A DNA stretch of 64,000 nucleotides, from the NCBI RefSeq assembly GCF_964204865.1, contig NC_135251.1, forward strand, positions 558,001 through 622,000. Reading direction: 5' to 3'. The stretch comes from Styela clava. Taxonomy: Eukaryota. Below the pieces are notes generated by a model. It searched no databases. It saw nothing but the letters and a program-made list of their open reading frames with translations, and was not told the origin of the DNA. Positions 14,098 through 26,300 of the stretch are shown here, in pieces. Every line of letters begins with the position of its first letter. The stretch's first letter is position 1. The position numbers and the translations under genes are program-made.

Positions 14098-15139
14098 CTC
14101 TAACATATCCTATATTGAGATTAACAGAGCTAGATAAATCAGATCGCGAAATTAGTGGGGAGGCGATAACGGTATCGGAAATAGAGTTCTCGAAGAATTC
14201 AGCTGGTCGAAAACATCGTTTTCCTTTTTGTAAAATCACAATTACACAAAAGTGCGAATGAACTCTAGTCTAGTTTGTAACGTGGCGCTGCTGTAAATGA
14301 GACTCAGATTAGAATATTCGGATTACAATTCCTGATACAGTGATGGGGACATTTTGTATGTGGCCGCAAGGTTATCAAGTACAAATTCCATAATGCCCGT
14401 TGAAATTGAAACGGCTTTACCCTTTAAATATTCGCTCTCTGAAGGAGGGAAAAAAAAAAGGCTTTTTTAGTACAAACTCCATGGCCCCACCGAATAGGGG
14501 TCTTCTCCTGTGTATCACTACTCCCAAACTTAACCAAGTTAGGGATACTAACTATTTCCTAGTTGCAATACTTTCTTATTCTTGTAATGTTCCGCTTGAA
14601 ATACGCAAATATAAATATCAGATGCTTGATAACATACGTCACTGTTGCTATGACATCAGAATTTTAAATAAGAACAAATGAAGGATTAAATATTACTACT
14701 AAACAATAGATAATGCCTGTATGGACAACGTATAATTTGTTCGATCACAATATCCCTTCGCATCCGACGAAATTTTACACCGGAATAAATTAATAGAAAA
14801 GTTCAGGGCGATAACTGTAAAGTTTTTAAGTAAATTTAATCGAATTTTTCGGTCAATTTGAAGCAGATTACAGTACATCCGCCCTTTTAGAATATTACAT
14901 TTTCGCGTTCGCGCTTCTTACCCTACTCTGATAAATTTCGAATAATTTTGATTTGTTAATTAAAAGCCTTATGGGGTGTTTGAGTGAGCGTCTGAAGTTG
15001 TTAACATTTGCTTATATTTTGTGCAGTTATGTCTCATACATAATTCATGTCGATACCGAACCATATTGCGAGATAGCCCAGTAGCCGTGTGCTAATACTT
15101 TTTGGCAGTCAAGGGTGGATAAGTCAGCAAATCAGTTGT

Positions 15140-16020
15140 GGTTTCACTAGTTTAACTACTCATCCTTCTTCTTCGGTTATTCCAAATGAAGAGATGGGTA
15201 TCCTATGTGATATTTTCGCGCAGTGGATTCGTAAGTGAACAGTTTTAAGAATGCGGTAGCAAGAGTAAAAAGGAATTTTCTATGTGGTTCAAGAATCGTG
15301 ATCTAAAAACAGTGTTTATGAGATTTTTGTTTGAGATATCAACTTATCCTATATTTCTGCGCTGGCCGATCCGGATGCATATAATGCAAGGATGCTCATC
15401 GTCCAAAACCAGTTGGGGTAACGCGAGTTTTTCTAATTCTTTTTTTTTCTAAGCTTTTGCGCTGTCGATCTATATGTGTTAATTCAGGGAAGCTGTAGCA
15501 AGAGTAAAAATGAATTTTCTATTGTTTCAAGAGTTTTGAATCACCTAAATCAGTGTTCAGAAGTGTTTATATACAAATTGCAATAAATAATCAAAAAGCG
15601 TTTCAGGGTGAGGGGAGCCGCGAGAAACCAATCGAGCAGTGGTACAAGCAAATATACAAGCAAATAATAATCAAACTATTTATGTTATTTGAAAAAAAAA
15701 TACGTCAAGGCATGCAAACCTGGTATACTCCAGTAGTCGCGCGTTTCAACAACAACAAAAAAAACACGCGAATGTACATACTTCTTCTTCTTCTTTTTTT
15801 TGGCTATGCTGGATGAAAATATGGCTGTAATAGCTATTCTAAGTGATCCAAACGCCATGATCATCTGAAAAAAGTGTCTACAACTCTCAGTTGGGTAGTT
15901 TAACTATTTATTCTTCTTCTAAGCTTTCCCGCTTTGGATCCATATTTGTATAATTCAAGGATGCCGTAACAAAAGTAAAGATGACAAATCTAGTGTTGCA
16001 AGAGTTTTAAATCACCTATA
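15140..16020. repeat. Degenerate tandem array of a dispersed repeat (about 3 copies)
   Basis: gtagcaagagtaaaaa..aattttctat at about 15257, 15495 and 15966. Inverted relatives occur near 7870 and 19410-19480. Confidence 0.55.
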
Positions 16021-18046
16021 AGCATATAATTCGTAATACGCCAACATAATTTGGTATCGTGTCGGTAGCTGTTAGTATTTAAGCGGCCTGTCGTACTTTT
16101 ACTTAGGAATCTCCGTTTTTTTTGAGTGAGTGCGTGTGACCTCAGTTCCACTAAATATTATTGCGAAGGGCCAAGGAAAAATGATTCTTCTCGGAGATAG
16201 TTGCTCAATTATTAGCAATCCGGCTTTCGTGAACGTTGAAATGTAGCTTTCTGCACCAGTCTTTGCCTAGAACGGGGGTTCCTATATAACCTGGGTCGGA
16301 TTTACTAATTTGGGATGAATTTCACCAGCTTTTTCTTCAATGTAGACCAGGCCATCGGTTGTCCTGGATTTCAAAGATGTACCTGTTTTAGTTTTGATAT
16401 TAGATTTTGCCTTATCCCCATTTTTGGGCTGTTAGAACCAAAACATTAGCAAAAAGCGATTTTTTTATCAGCGCGACAAAAAAGTATGGTTCTATACACG
16501 CTCAACGTAGCCGAAGAGATTTCTTTTGTTTGATTGTTATTTCATAAAGGTAACTTTGTGACGTTGCCATTCAACGTAACAATTTCATTCCGCAAGGCCG
16601 ATTATGAAGTAGAGGTTCTATTATTAATGAACAATATGCACGCAGGTGTGACGGTATTATTTAACTTTTAAAAAAATTGATAAAGTTCACTCCATATTTA
16701 TCGTAATGTTAATAAAAATGTCGATTGCGGTAACGCTCAAAAACGATCTCATTTCACATCATTTTTATTTTATGCGTCGGACTCGTAGTTAATATGTGAC
16801 ATCGCCCTATTTGATTTTGATTTTAAGTTGATGCACAAAGTAGCGTGCAGTGTTTTTGTACGTGGTTATGTACCTAACTAGGTAGTTTGGTGTTTTAGAA
16901 TTTATTTTGGGGTTAATTGGGATTTTGAGTGGATTTTTCAGTGGTGTTGATAAATTCTAGTTGTTGAATTAAGTATTTGTCCAAGTAGGACCGACATTGT
17001 TCAAGCGAAGCATTATAGAAATAATGTGGTTGTGCTGGCGCGCAGCATCACGTGGAATAATATCTTTATTCTGGCTACAACATGCTTGCATTTTACTCAA
17101 TATGGCATATAAAATAGCCGATGGAAACACGTTAATACCATAACTAGATTTGTTTATAAAACAGCAGAGTGTGGAAGGTGCTGGAACTCTTTAGTAGAAG
17201 GGTTGAGATTGCTTTCATCAGCCGACCAATGTTACAACACAATTCACAAGACAATGTGACACCACAAGACAATGTGACGTCACAGGCCAGGGCACAACTC
17301 TTGAAAATTTCAGGATTGTTGAGCTCGGCCACCTAGTCTCCGGCGTTTGGCGCGTCACATGACTTAAATTCACTCCACGCTTCAGTGCACTTTAGCTATA
17401 AATAAATCTTGTGTCTTAAATTAGAAACGATAATAAAAATGTTGTTCCTATGAATGGAATTTGACAGTTAGAAAGGAATGGAAGTTAGTCTCGCGTAACC
17501 TCGACTGATGGTTATTCCTCTTATTGTTGTAAACTGTCTGTCTCAGGAAGTGTGAATTTGGCCATAGGCTGAAAGTCACAGAACCGAATTTGTAAGAGTG
17601 CGATGCGGGATATTTTTGAACCAATTCAATTAAATACACATACAATTTGTACTTTGTTGAAGATACCCGAACACCTTCAAATATTCCATATTTAGAATTG
17701 TTTTTTGTATTCATAGAAAATATTAAATTATTCTGTCCTGACCATTCCCCAAACTTCGAACCTCAACATCAATGACAGTAATTCAATAGTTAGGACCATT
17801 GCTGTCAACCGCTGGTTCATCGTCGTTTCCGCGAAATGATTGTACTGAATACTTTAATACAATAAGATTGAATTTATTTTTTAATAGTATATCCAATGAA
17901 CCGTGAGATTCCGACATTTCACGGTTGACTTCACAATATCTATTTTCTGTTAAATTTTTCTAAATATAAACTTTTTTGTTGACCTTTTAGGATTAGCTAT
18001 CATTAGATAAGGTGATATGTAGTTTATGTGTTAAAAATTATAAGTA

Positions 18047-18149
18047 TGACGTCAAAAAGGCACCCATTGTTACGTGATAAAAGCGAGGAGGGGAATCCCC
18101 TGACGCAAAGTTTGAAAAAACTTTGTTTGGAGTCGAGATCCAGGTACGT
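18047..18149 (+). promoter_or_regulatory. Composite CRE / NF-kB / bZIP element followed by a splice donor
   Basis: TGACGTCA at 18047, TTACGTGA, GGGGAATCCCC at 18090-18100 abutting TGACGCAA at 18101-18108, and CAG|GTACGT at 18144. Confidence 0.4.
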
Positions 18150-18917
18150 GCTGTTTACGTCTTATTTTTTTCTTGTCAGGAGTTCTGTGGTATTGGAAGT
18201 TTGCCGGGTTTTAAACCGTATCCGGCGTTGTATATATGGATGGACTCGACTCAGCACAGTCCCAAAAGTACAAGACAAACTTTATATTACATTATTTGGA
18301 GATAGATGTGGAGAACAGTTTTTTCCGGTGGTCGGCGTGAAATTGACACGGAATGACTGATTTTCTAGAATATATGTGGGTTAACCCTCTGGTACAATTT
18401 TAAATATAACCAGTTTTGTGCTTCTCACATAACAGTCACTGCTCGTGTAGGGCGCGGCGTGAATGTGTAGATTATTTTAGGAATGCCATGTTATATAGAA
18501 ATTCACATTCACGCTTCTTTTCAGCACCTTGAATGATAGCGAGAATGAATGCACATTTACCAGCGTTCTCTTGTAAGATGAAATTTCGTGTTCGCGCTTC
18601 TTACTAGTACCCTTGATCAAAGTGAAACTGCACGCACCTTTACGAGCGAAATTTCGCGTTCGCGCCTCTTTATAACACCTTTTGAATCAAAACGAAACCT
18701 TTATGAGCGGAAACTTGAGGTCGATGCCGGCGCAGAACTATTATGCGTAGTCTGCCAGGTATGCCTGGAAAAACCCCGCGCAGGTCACGAAACTGAAGCG
18801 ACGTGACATCTGCGATGCCTGAGAACGTTTGCGGGTAAAAATATCCACGTAGGCCAGTAGTTTCCAACCTTTTTTGCTAAATTCCTTCCTTCGCTTATTG
18901 TAAAAACTCTGTGTTTC

Positions 18918-19100
18918 GGTGACCGTACATAACCGTGTATAACCACGGGTTCAATCTATATGCGGATGCTAAAACCCATGGGTTAGACTTAGTATGGGTT
19001 CAAATATCCTCGAAACAAAACAAAATTTCCATAGGTGCAATAGTATGCAGGTGCAATTGTCGTGGGTTCAAATGTACGTGGGTTCAAATGTGCGGGAACC
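18918..19100. mobile_element. MITE family B, inverted second copy
   Basis: Reverse-complement match to 6106-6295 along its length. Confidence 0.85.
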
Positions 19101-19232
19101 TAATCAAATACTTTGCTGTGTTCATATTAGCGCGTTTTGAAGGTCGGAAGCCTGCCTCGCCTATGAAATGTAAAAAAAAAATTCTGTATCATACATGCCA
19201 ACATAGTTAAGCTTCTAAGTGACACAAGCACA

Positions 19233-19378
19233 TCTGACCATGGTCGGACTTCTTCAAACATACATAGTTCAAACTAGTTGTACTTCTTCAGTAGTACTTC
19301 TTCAGACATACATACTTCAACTATCATAGTTCAACTAGTTGAACTATGTATGTCTGAAGAAGTCTGACCTTGGTCAGA
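19233..19378. repeat. Long palindrome with internal partial duplications
   Basis: tctgaccatggtcggacttcttcaaacatacatagttcaa..actagt..ttgaactatgtatgtctgaagaagtctgaccttggtcaga. Confidence 0.85.
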
Positions 19379-21570
19379 CGAAACGTTACAGAAATATATT
19401 TGTGTTAGTGTGCAGTGAGACTCTTGAATCACTTAGGATTGTTATCTTTACTCTTGCTACAGCATCCTTGCATTATATGCATACAGAACCACCGGCACAA
19501 AAGCATAGAAGAAGGATAAGTAGTTAGTCTCGCAGAAACCAAATAATCAGCGATAGTTAAGCTTAACGCGTTTTGAGGGTCAGAAGCCTCCCCCCCCCTT
19601 TTTTTTTTGAGAGAAAACGGTTCTTCTGTATGGTACATAGCAATTTCTGAGCTTCAAACGCAAACATAGTTAGAAACCACAGGATTATGTTGAAGTATTT
19701 GTGGAAACAAGACGAGTCTAACTAATAGTTGATGTTGTGAAAAATCTGCCTCTCTCTGCAAAATATGTACTGTAACGCTATTGCTTTCATCATTTAATAG
19801 TTTACTAGTGATACTGAAGTTCATTACTCCGACAATGTGGTGTCAATTTCAATCGTAGAACTCTTTTTGTAGCCTATGGGACACATTTATATGATAGTTG
19901 GCCTCTCGTTCGAACTGATTTTAGTCCACAAATAAGCAACCATTGTTTCTGTCACCAAGAGGTAATACCCCACCCACTCAATCAGCTGTTTGCGCAGTAG
20001 CTGTGATGATAGTATTTCTCATTATTCGCCCCCGCATTTCGGCTGAAGTTGGCAGAAGGCATTTTTAGATTATTGATTCTCAGCCAACGGATTTTCTTCA
20101 AGATAATTTGGACCCGTAACAGATTTTGCGTGCAATCTTCCGAAGTAGTCCAAAAGGTATGAATGCAAATAATTTCGTGTCGCTGAAGAAGATTAGATAT
20201 TTCAAATTTGCTGTAAATTATAACAATAATCAAATGATTGTTATCTTAACTTTTCAGCATTCCAAAATTCAAACACATTGAATACACATTTACTTCTGTC
20301 TGTGTTTTCTTTTTTTGTTTAATATGTCAAATTTGTAATATACTGTATTGGTATTAATTTGCAGCAAGTGGGAAAATAGTAATCTGGGTGTTTATAAAAT
20401 GCTTTAGAGTTCTGTGTGTTCTTCGTTGAATCTCCGATGGCGCTATAGCGTAAGGTCTGTCACCTACCCGTGTGTAGTCTTAGGGCTGGGGAAATTGAGT
20501 GTTATTGCTAGATTTAATATATAGAATAAGTGAAGCAAAAAACAAATCATTGTGGAAGGAAAATAGGGTAAGTGTGGTAGACTTCACGCATCGATTTTAG
20601 AACGTATTCGATACTCCATATTCCAAAATATTAACTCAGAATGTTTTCAGGGAAGCAGCTGGAGTTTTTGCTATTCACCATTCTATCACAATTCGATACA
20701 CCATTCCCAAGTGTGCCATTATCCAAGCCTAATTAATCGAAATTCCCCGCTTTTACCGCAAAGGTCTCGCGCATTCCTCGCAGGCCTAAGGCTGGTACAG
20801 ACTCCCGTGATATTTTGTTATTTCTACGTGCGGGACTTTTCCTGTTTTACGACTTGAAATTTCCCTCCATACCGCGAACGGAAGATTCTTATGGAGAAAT
20901 ACTGGGATATACGTGTTAGTTGCTTACCTAACCTGGGATTCTATAAACGACATGATTTAGGTTTTGGGAGATTATCGCGAGTATAACTGTAAGTTCAACA
21001 ATTATTATGTTCGCGTATACTTCTGTTGCCAATATCATTATGGCACTGACCGCACATTTCAAGCGAGAAAAAGTCCTGAAGTCAAATTTCTTAAAATATA
21101 ATCATCAAGCTCAACGATAAAATAGCAATTTTTAATATCTATTCTGAGAGTGAGTGAAGCGCTAAGATGGTTCGTACGGTATTTAAATTCTGAGATACGA
21201 ATTTTCCTAAATTGTCAACTTTGCTAGGCCTGATCCAATTTTCTATATGCTCGGTTATTCAATAAAATAAAAGCTCTTAAATTAGATAATTCTCTCTAAT
21301 ACTCTTCTATTTATATACACCTTCATTACACTTTTAGATCGACTTTTACGTCATAATAGCTTCAAAGAACAATCGAAAGCTTAATTGTTTCCTAGAGTGA
21401 TGTATTATTATGTCATTATCATTCAATTGTGTTCTTGATTGTGACACAATAACTGCGATTAATTTATCACCACTTTGTTCTTTTTGTCATAAATTCATAA
21501 TTGTGAATAAAATGGTGTACTGATAATTGGTGAAGAAGTTACGCGCAACCACTACCTCGTTACGTGTGGA

Positions 21571-21950
21571 CAGGGTCGTAGCCAGGAATTTAAAAAATGG
21601 GGGGGGGGTGGAAATTCTAATCGCCAAGTGCAACCGCGGCTCGCCGAAGTTTTTGTGTGGCTCTTCTCGCTTGTAATAATTTAATTTTATCCTAATTTAA
21701 CTGAGAGAAACTGTAGCGTAACATTTTTTTAATTCATTAAGCAGTTGAAGATTATATACTTCGCAATATTTTTATTATACTTTTGTGTAAAGTTCTTTTC
21801 AGTTCACGTTATTCTAATAATATAAATTTCAAAAATGATGCGGCTCTCACATATTTTTGACTTGATGCGATTCTTATACTAAAATTTTCTGCCACCCCCA
21901 AAAGGGGGGCAGGGTTCCGACCCCAAAACCACCCCCTGGCTACGCCCCTG
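21571..21950. mobile_element. hAT-type MITE
   Basis: cagggtcgtagccagg..cctggctacgcccctg; TSD cgtgtgga/catgtggg. Confidence 0.85.
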
Positions 21951-22085
21951 CATGTGGGTCTCCCTAGTGATATCAGTAGGTTTCCTTATGAAACGAGATT
22001 TCGATTACTTAATTACTGTGGAGGGAAATTTGAAATTTTCAACTGTGCCATTCCTATATTGTTCGGAAGATAATATTACAAAATG

Positions 22086-22299
22086 GGGGCTCTCGAAGTA
22101 TGCGAACCAAGATGGCGGACATCGGAATGTAATATGTGTACTAGGTTAGGGTTAGGCCATAATTTTAGCTATAAATACTACGGGAGGCTCTTGGCTAGTC
22201 TTCGAACTGATAATAGGACTAAAATAAGGAAAATTGGAAAAAAATTATCGCCTAACGTTCCGATGTCCGCCATCTTGGTTCGCATCCTTCGGGAGCACC
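22086..22299. mobile_element. MITE family A, long form
   Basis: Inverted arms of about 45 bp, 8-bp TSD acaaaatg on both sides, internal ggttagggttagg. Confidence 0.9.
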
Positions 22300-22879
22300 A
22301 CAAAATGTAATATCACCAACAAATATTGCTATCTTTTATATAACACATGAAAAATCATATCCGAGAATAGCAAATATTCCCATATTTTGAGAATTTTTTC
22401 GGGCAGTGCTGTTAAAGTCCCGCTAATCGCCATATACTGGTGTGTGTGAAGCGTCTTCTATATATAGATTTAATTTTAGGGGATTGTTCTTCGTATTTTG
22501 AACGGACTTGCGACCAAAAACGAAATCCCTAGCGTTTTTACTATTTTTTCAATGGACTTTCAAGTCGATGCCAATCGGCGTTAATCGACCTGCATGTGGC
22601 TGTCATCGCGTTTAGTTCAGGTTATGGTTCCGATTTTTAGCAAACTTGCTACTAATATCGAAAGCCGTTGACTAACTTTTCCCGTCAGTGTTGACTCGCT
22701 TCTTTTCAAGTCTCGCGTTAACCGACTTCCAAAAAGCTTTTAGTGTGTCAGTGTTTCTCTCATTTTTTCTATTTCCGTCTGTATACTTTTGGTATGTGGT
22801 TATGGTTCCTATTTTGAGTCAGTCGCAACTAATAACGAAAGGCTTGTTATGTTCCTCGCGGTCACGCTTTATCTGTATC

Positions 22880-23300
22880 CTCTGACGCAAATCTTCTGGT
22901 GTATGTGCGCGTGCACATTGCGGTAGATTAGTGCAAGGTTACGTCACGTTGTGCGTGCGTAGAGTGAAACGTAGTGCGTGTGCGTGCGTGCGTACTTTCG
23001 ACGGCTACGGCCGAGTGAGTTGTTTTGTGACGTTATAATGAAGAAAAAAGACGTTGCCCGCTGGCTACTTGTCGTTCGATAGCGTAAGCTATTGTGAGCC
23101 TCGCGCACGTTTAGGATCAGTCGCGGCCAGTATTGCTTTAATATTTTATAGCTTTTGCCTGTTTTCGTTAAGTATTTCACCGTTTAAATGACGCGAGCTG
23201 ACGTTCTTTATTCTAATAGATATATTAGCGTTTGCGTGCTGTTAGTCAGACGTTGAATTTGTTGTTTTTTCGAAACTTCCGTCTTAGTAAAAATCAGAAG
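22880..23300 (+). promoter_or_regulatory. CpG-rich candidate GMEB promoter / 5' region
   Basis: Sharp local CpG enrichment (GTGCGT repeats, TTACGTCACGTT, TGACG and ACGT motifs) immediately upstream of the first coding exon. Confidence 0.55.
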
Positions 23301-23353
23301 TTTAACTCGAATTTAGTCGTTATTTTTTATGTGTTTATCAATGTTTAGAACGC

Positions 23354-23367
23354 ATGATGGGCACCAG
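23354..23367 (+). CDS. GMEB: Probable first coding exon of GMEB (MMGT + ag)
   Basis: tttag|aacgcATGATGGGCACCAG|gtatat. The phase-2 donor matches the phase-2 acceptor at 29878 and gives MMGTSSLQSTESMDIERK. It lies just downstream of a CpG-rich promoter-like block. An alternative start is the ATG at 29900. Confidence 0.6.
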
Positions 23368-26300
23368 GTATATTCATATTGGGAATATATAAATCATAAC
23401 ATGTGTAAGCAATACGATGTAATATGCCAGCATTTCGAATTTCTATACAGAAAACTTCGTCAGGGCAAGATGAGGTGAAGGCAAAATATTTAGCGTGATA
23501 CCTTATCTGGAAACACAATAAAAAGATTTGACGACTATCATACTATGGCGATATTAGTTTACTACCGTACCGTACGCCATTTATATTACGCCGTGATAAT
23601 TTCCTTGCTATTTATTTATGTACGCCAGTGCCCTGGTGAATTTATCGGGTGGAAATCACATCGCTTACCGGAGTTATTCATTACAAAGAAACACACAGAC
23701 TTCTAATTAGGCGTTTATAATAGGTGATGGTAATTTTGTCAGTAAAAGGCAGTTTATTTTTTCCACCTCGTATCACAATTAATCAACTCATATAATACTT
23801 TGTACGAACGGATGCAGAAATAAACTAATGAAATCGCATAATAGCCAATACCGGTTCATTTTATGATGGACCACCGTGTCTCGTCCGGTTATTATAGTCC
23901 ATGGGAATATTGGATTAATTAATTTATTTAAAACATGAGTCGATTATTGCAAATACCTTGAAATTTTAGTATATGCTACATTTTACTTAATTTTAGGTAA
24001 TTGTATGTTTCAATCTATTCTAGCTAATTTTAATTTGTCTTGTGAATGGTGAATTATGACGTCAGAAGAGGAAAAAGATAACAGGTGAATAAATTACACG
24101 GTGTATTCGCGGTAGCACCTTATCAATGGAACTAGAGAACTTGAATTTATTGGCAACTGCGCATCACTTTCATTTTGGATTTTACAATTAGTTACCTCTC
24201 GTTTCGGGATAATTTGTGATTTTAAGAATGCCTTATTGTGATTTACAACATTTCAATGAGACCTATAGCGTTTGACTAGGGCCATGGCTCACTTCTGGGC
24301 CACAGATCTATTAAAAATTGCTAGAGTTGTTGATAAATTTAGTTGAATTTGATTGTATTGCCACTGAGTGATGACCGATGACGCTGTTTTTTTGTTACAG
24401 GGTGGAAATTTTCTCCTAATTATTATAAAGTGAAAGTGCCTATTTTTGCAGACAAGATTTTTTTTGTTTTTCTTGTAGCCATAGTGTTTTAATACAATGA
24501 AAATGGGCCATGAAGGTTGAAAACCACTGGAATAGACTAGGGTTTCACAAACTTTCTGTCCATCGGTACCATTTGGACAATTTATAGATTCGCTCATGTA
24601 CGCCCAAAATTGTACTGCTTGCTGTAATTGGAGAAAATAAGTATGTGAACTGGGAAAGAATGCTTGCTGTAGTTGAAGCTTCCAACAAGGTGAAATTGTG
24701 ACTCCGTAATGAATTTAAACTTAGGTCTTCAAATTATTAACATCAGGCGATAGAAAATATTTTATGGCAGATTGTAAATTATGAAAAGGTATCATTATAA
24801 TAATCTAATGTGCCCCTTGAAAAGTTGAAATGTACCATCGGGACTAGACAGTGTTCGTGTGCAGTTCAAACTCCTCGTCCAAGCCATAATGGCGGAATAA
24901 TCCCCCCCCCCCCCCCTCATAAGAAAGGCAGCTCTAGTTGTTAGTTACTTCTTGCCCTAGCCTTGTTCCTGGAGGAATACGTTCTTGCGAGTCTTTGCAT
25001 TTTTTAAAATCTCGTAATTCAGTGGTTTCCAGTCTGAACGTCCCATAATAGCCTTGAATGCGCTACGATCGGTGCATGAATTGATCAAATTGGTGAATTA
25101 ACGTTGGGATGGGGAGTACGAATGTCCATATTACATTTTACTCAGTATTGGTGGTTTTTGTGCACAAAACAAGCGCTTGTGTCTCATTAAATGCGCATTT
25201 ATGTATAACTTTTCAGCGTAACAGATTTTCATTAAAGTCGAATATTTGGATATTTTCTACAAAGCTCTCGCCACTGAAGGAAAAATGGTGAGATTTTAGA
25301 AAAACATCTCCGCCACATTTGAAAATTACAAATTAGTGTTTATCCATTTGTGGTTTAGAATGATTTGAAAATTCGAATTCCTAGCGCAATCTGCATTCCA
25401 AACACTAACTGGATAATCACCAATTTTCTTATTTTCAAGTATTGGCGGGGACTTTGTACAAATCATCCAAATATTCTCTCCCTATTCGTATTACAGAAAG
25501 TAAACTGTGGGAAATTCTATCCTATTAGTTCCTAAATACGAGTTCATGAACCGTATGCTCCAGTTCCACGTAGGCGTTTAAACCGCAGTATACGTGTCCC
25601 CTCACCTGATACCGCGGGCGCTCGTTACTGCAAATGAAATGTAAGATCTTTATCAGTGTTCATTTCATATAGTGGCTTAGCGGACTAAGAGCCCGCAATG
25701 TTCCCATCGCATGTCACACCCCATCTCCACCAGGACTTCCCTGACCTTTGACCCCGGAAAAAATTTTCAACCTTTACCATTGAAAATTTTTCATGTTTAT
25801 TTTGAAAGTGCTTCGCGAGTTGCAACGTGGTTAAATTTTCAAAATTCATAGCATTAAACCCGCCTGTCATTTAAAAGTACTGGCAGCTAATTTTAGCCTA
25901 GCTTTTCCCGGAGTAATTTTTGATACCGTAACTAGAATAGAACTCTTCGAGAATTAGGTTTCGTGGTGGTTTTATTTCATTTGTTATGGATTGTATGTAG
26001 CCGGTGAAGGATGAACAACATGTATATGCCTTAATAGTAGTGGCATGTAGTAAGAAGTGAGCGCTACAGGTTTGTCAAAGTTTCGAATGTCGGACTTTAA
26101 AAAAATTAGGTCAACCTAATATTTCGTGCCTGCAACTACTAGAAAGCCTATGTTAAATAAAGGTGCGGCCCGCGGCTCCTCCCATTTGTATCTGTACTTC
26201 TTGTATTAATGGTTGCACACCTCTGATTTAAATGGTACCACATGAATATGTGGTAAGAAGCAAAGATTTCGTTAACGTTTCGTATCTTTATACACACGCA

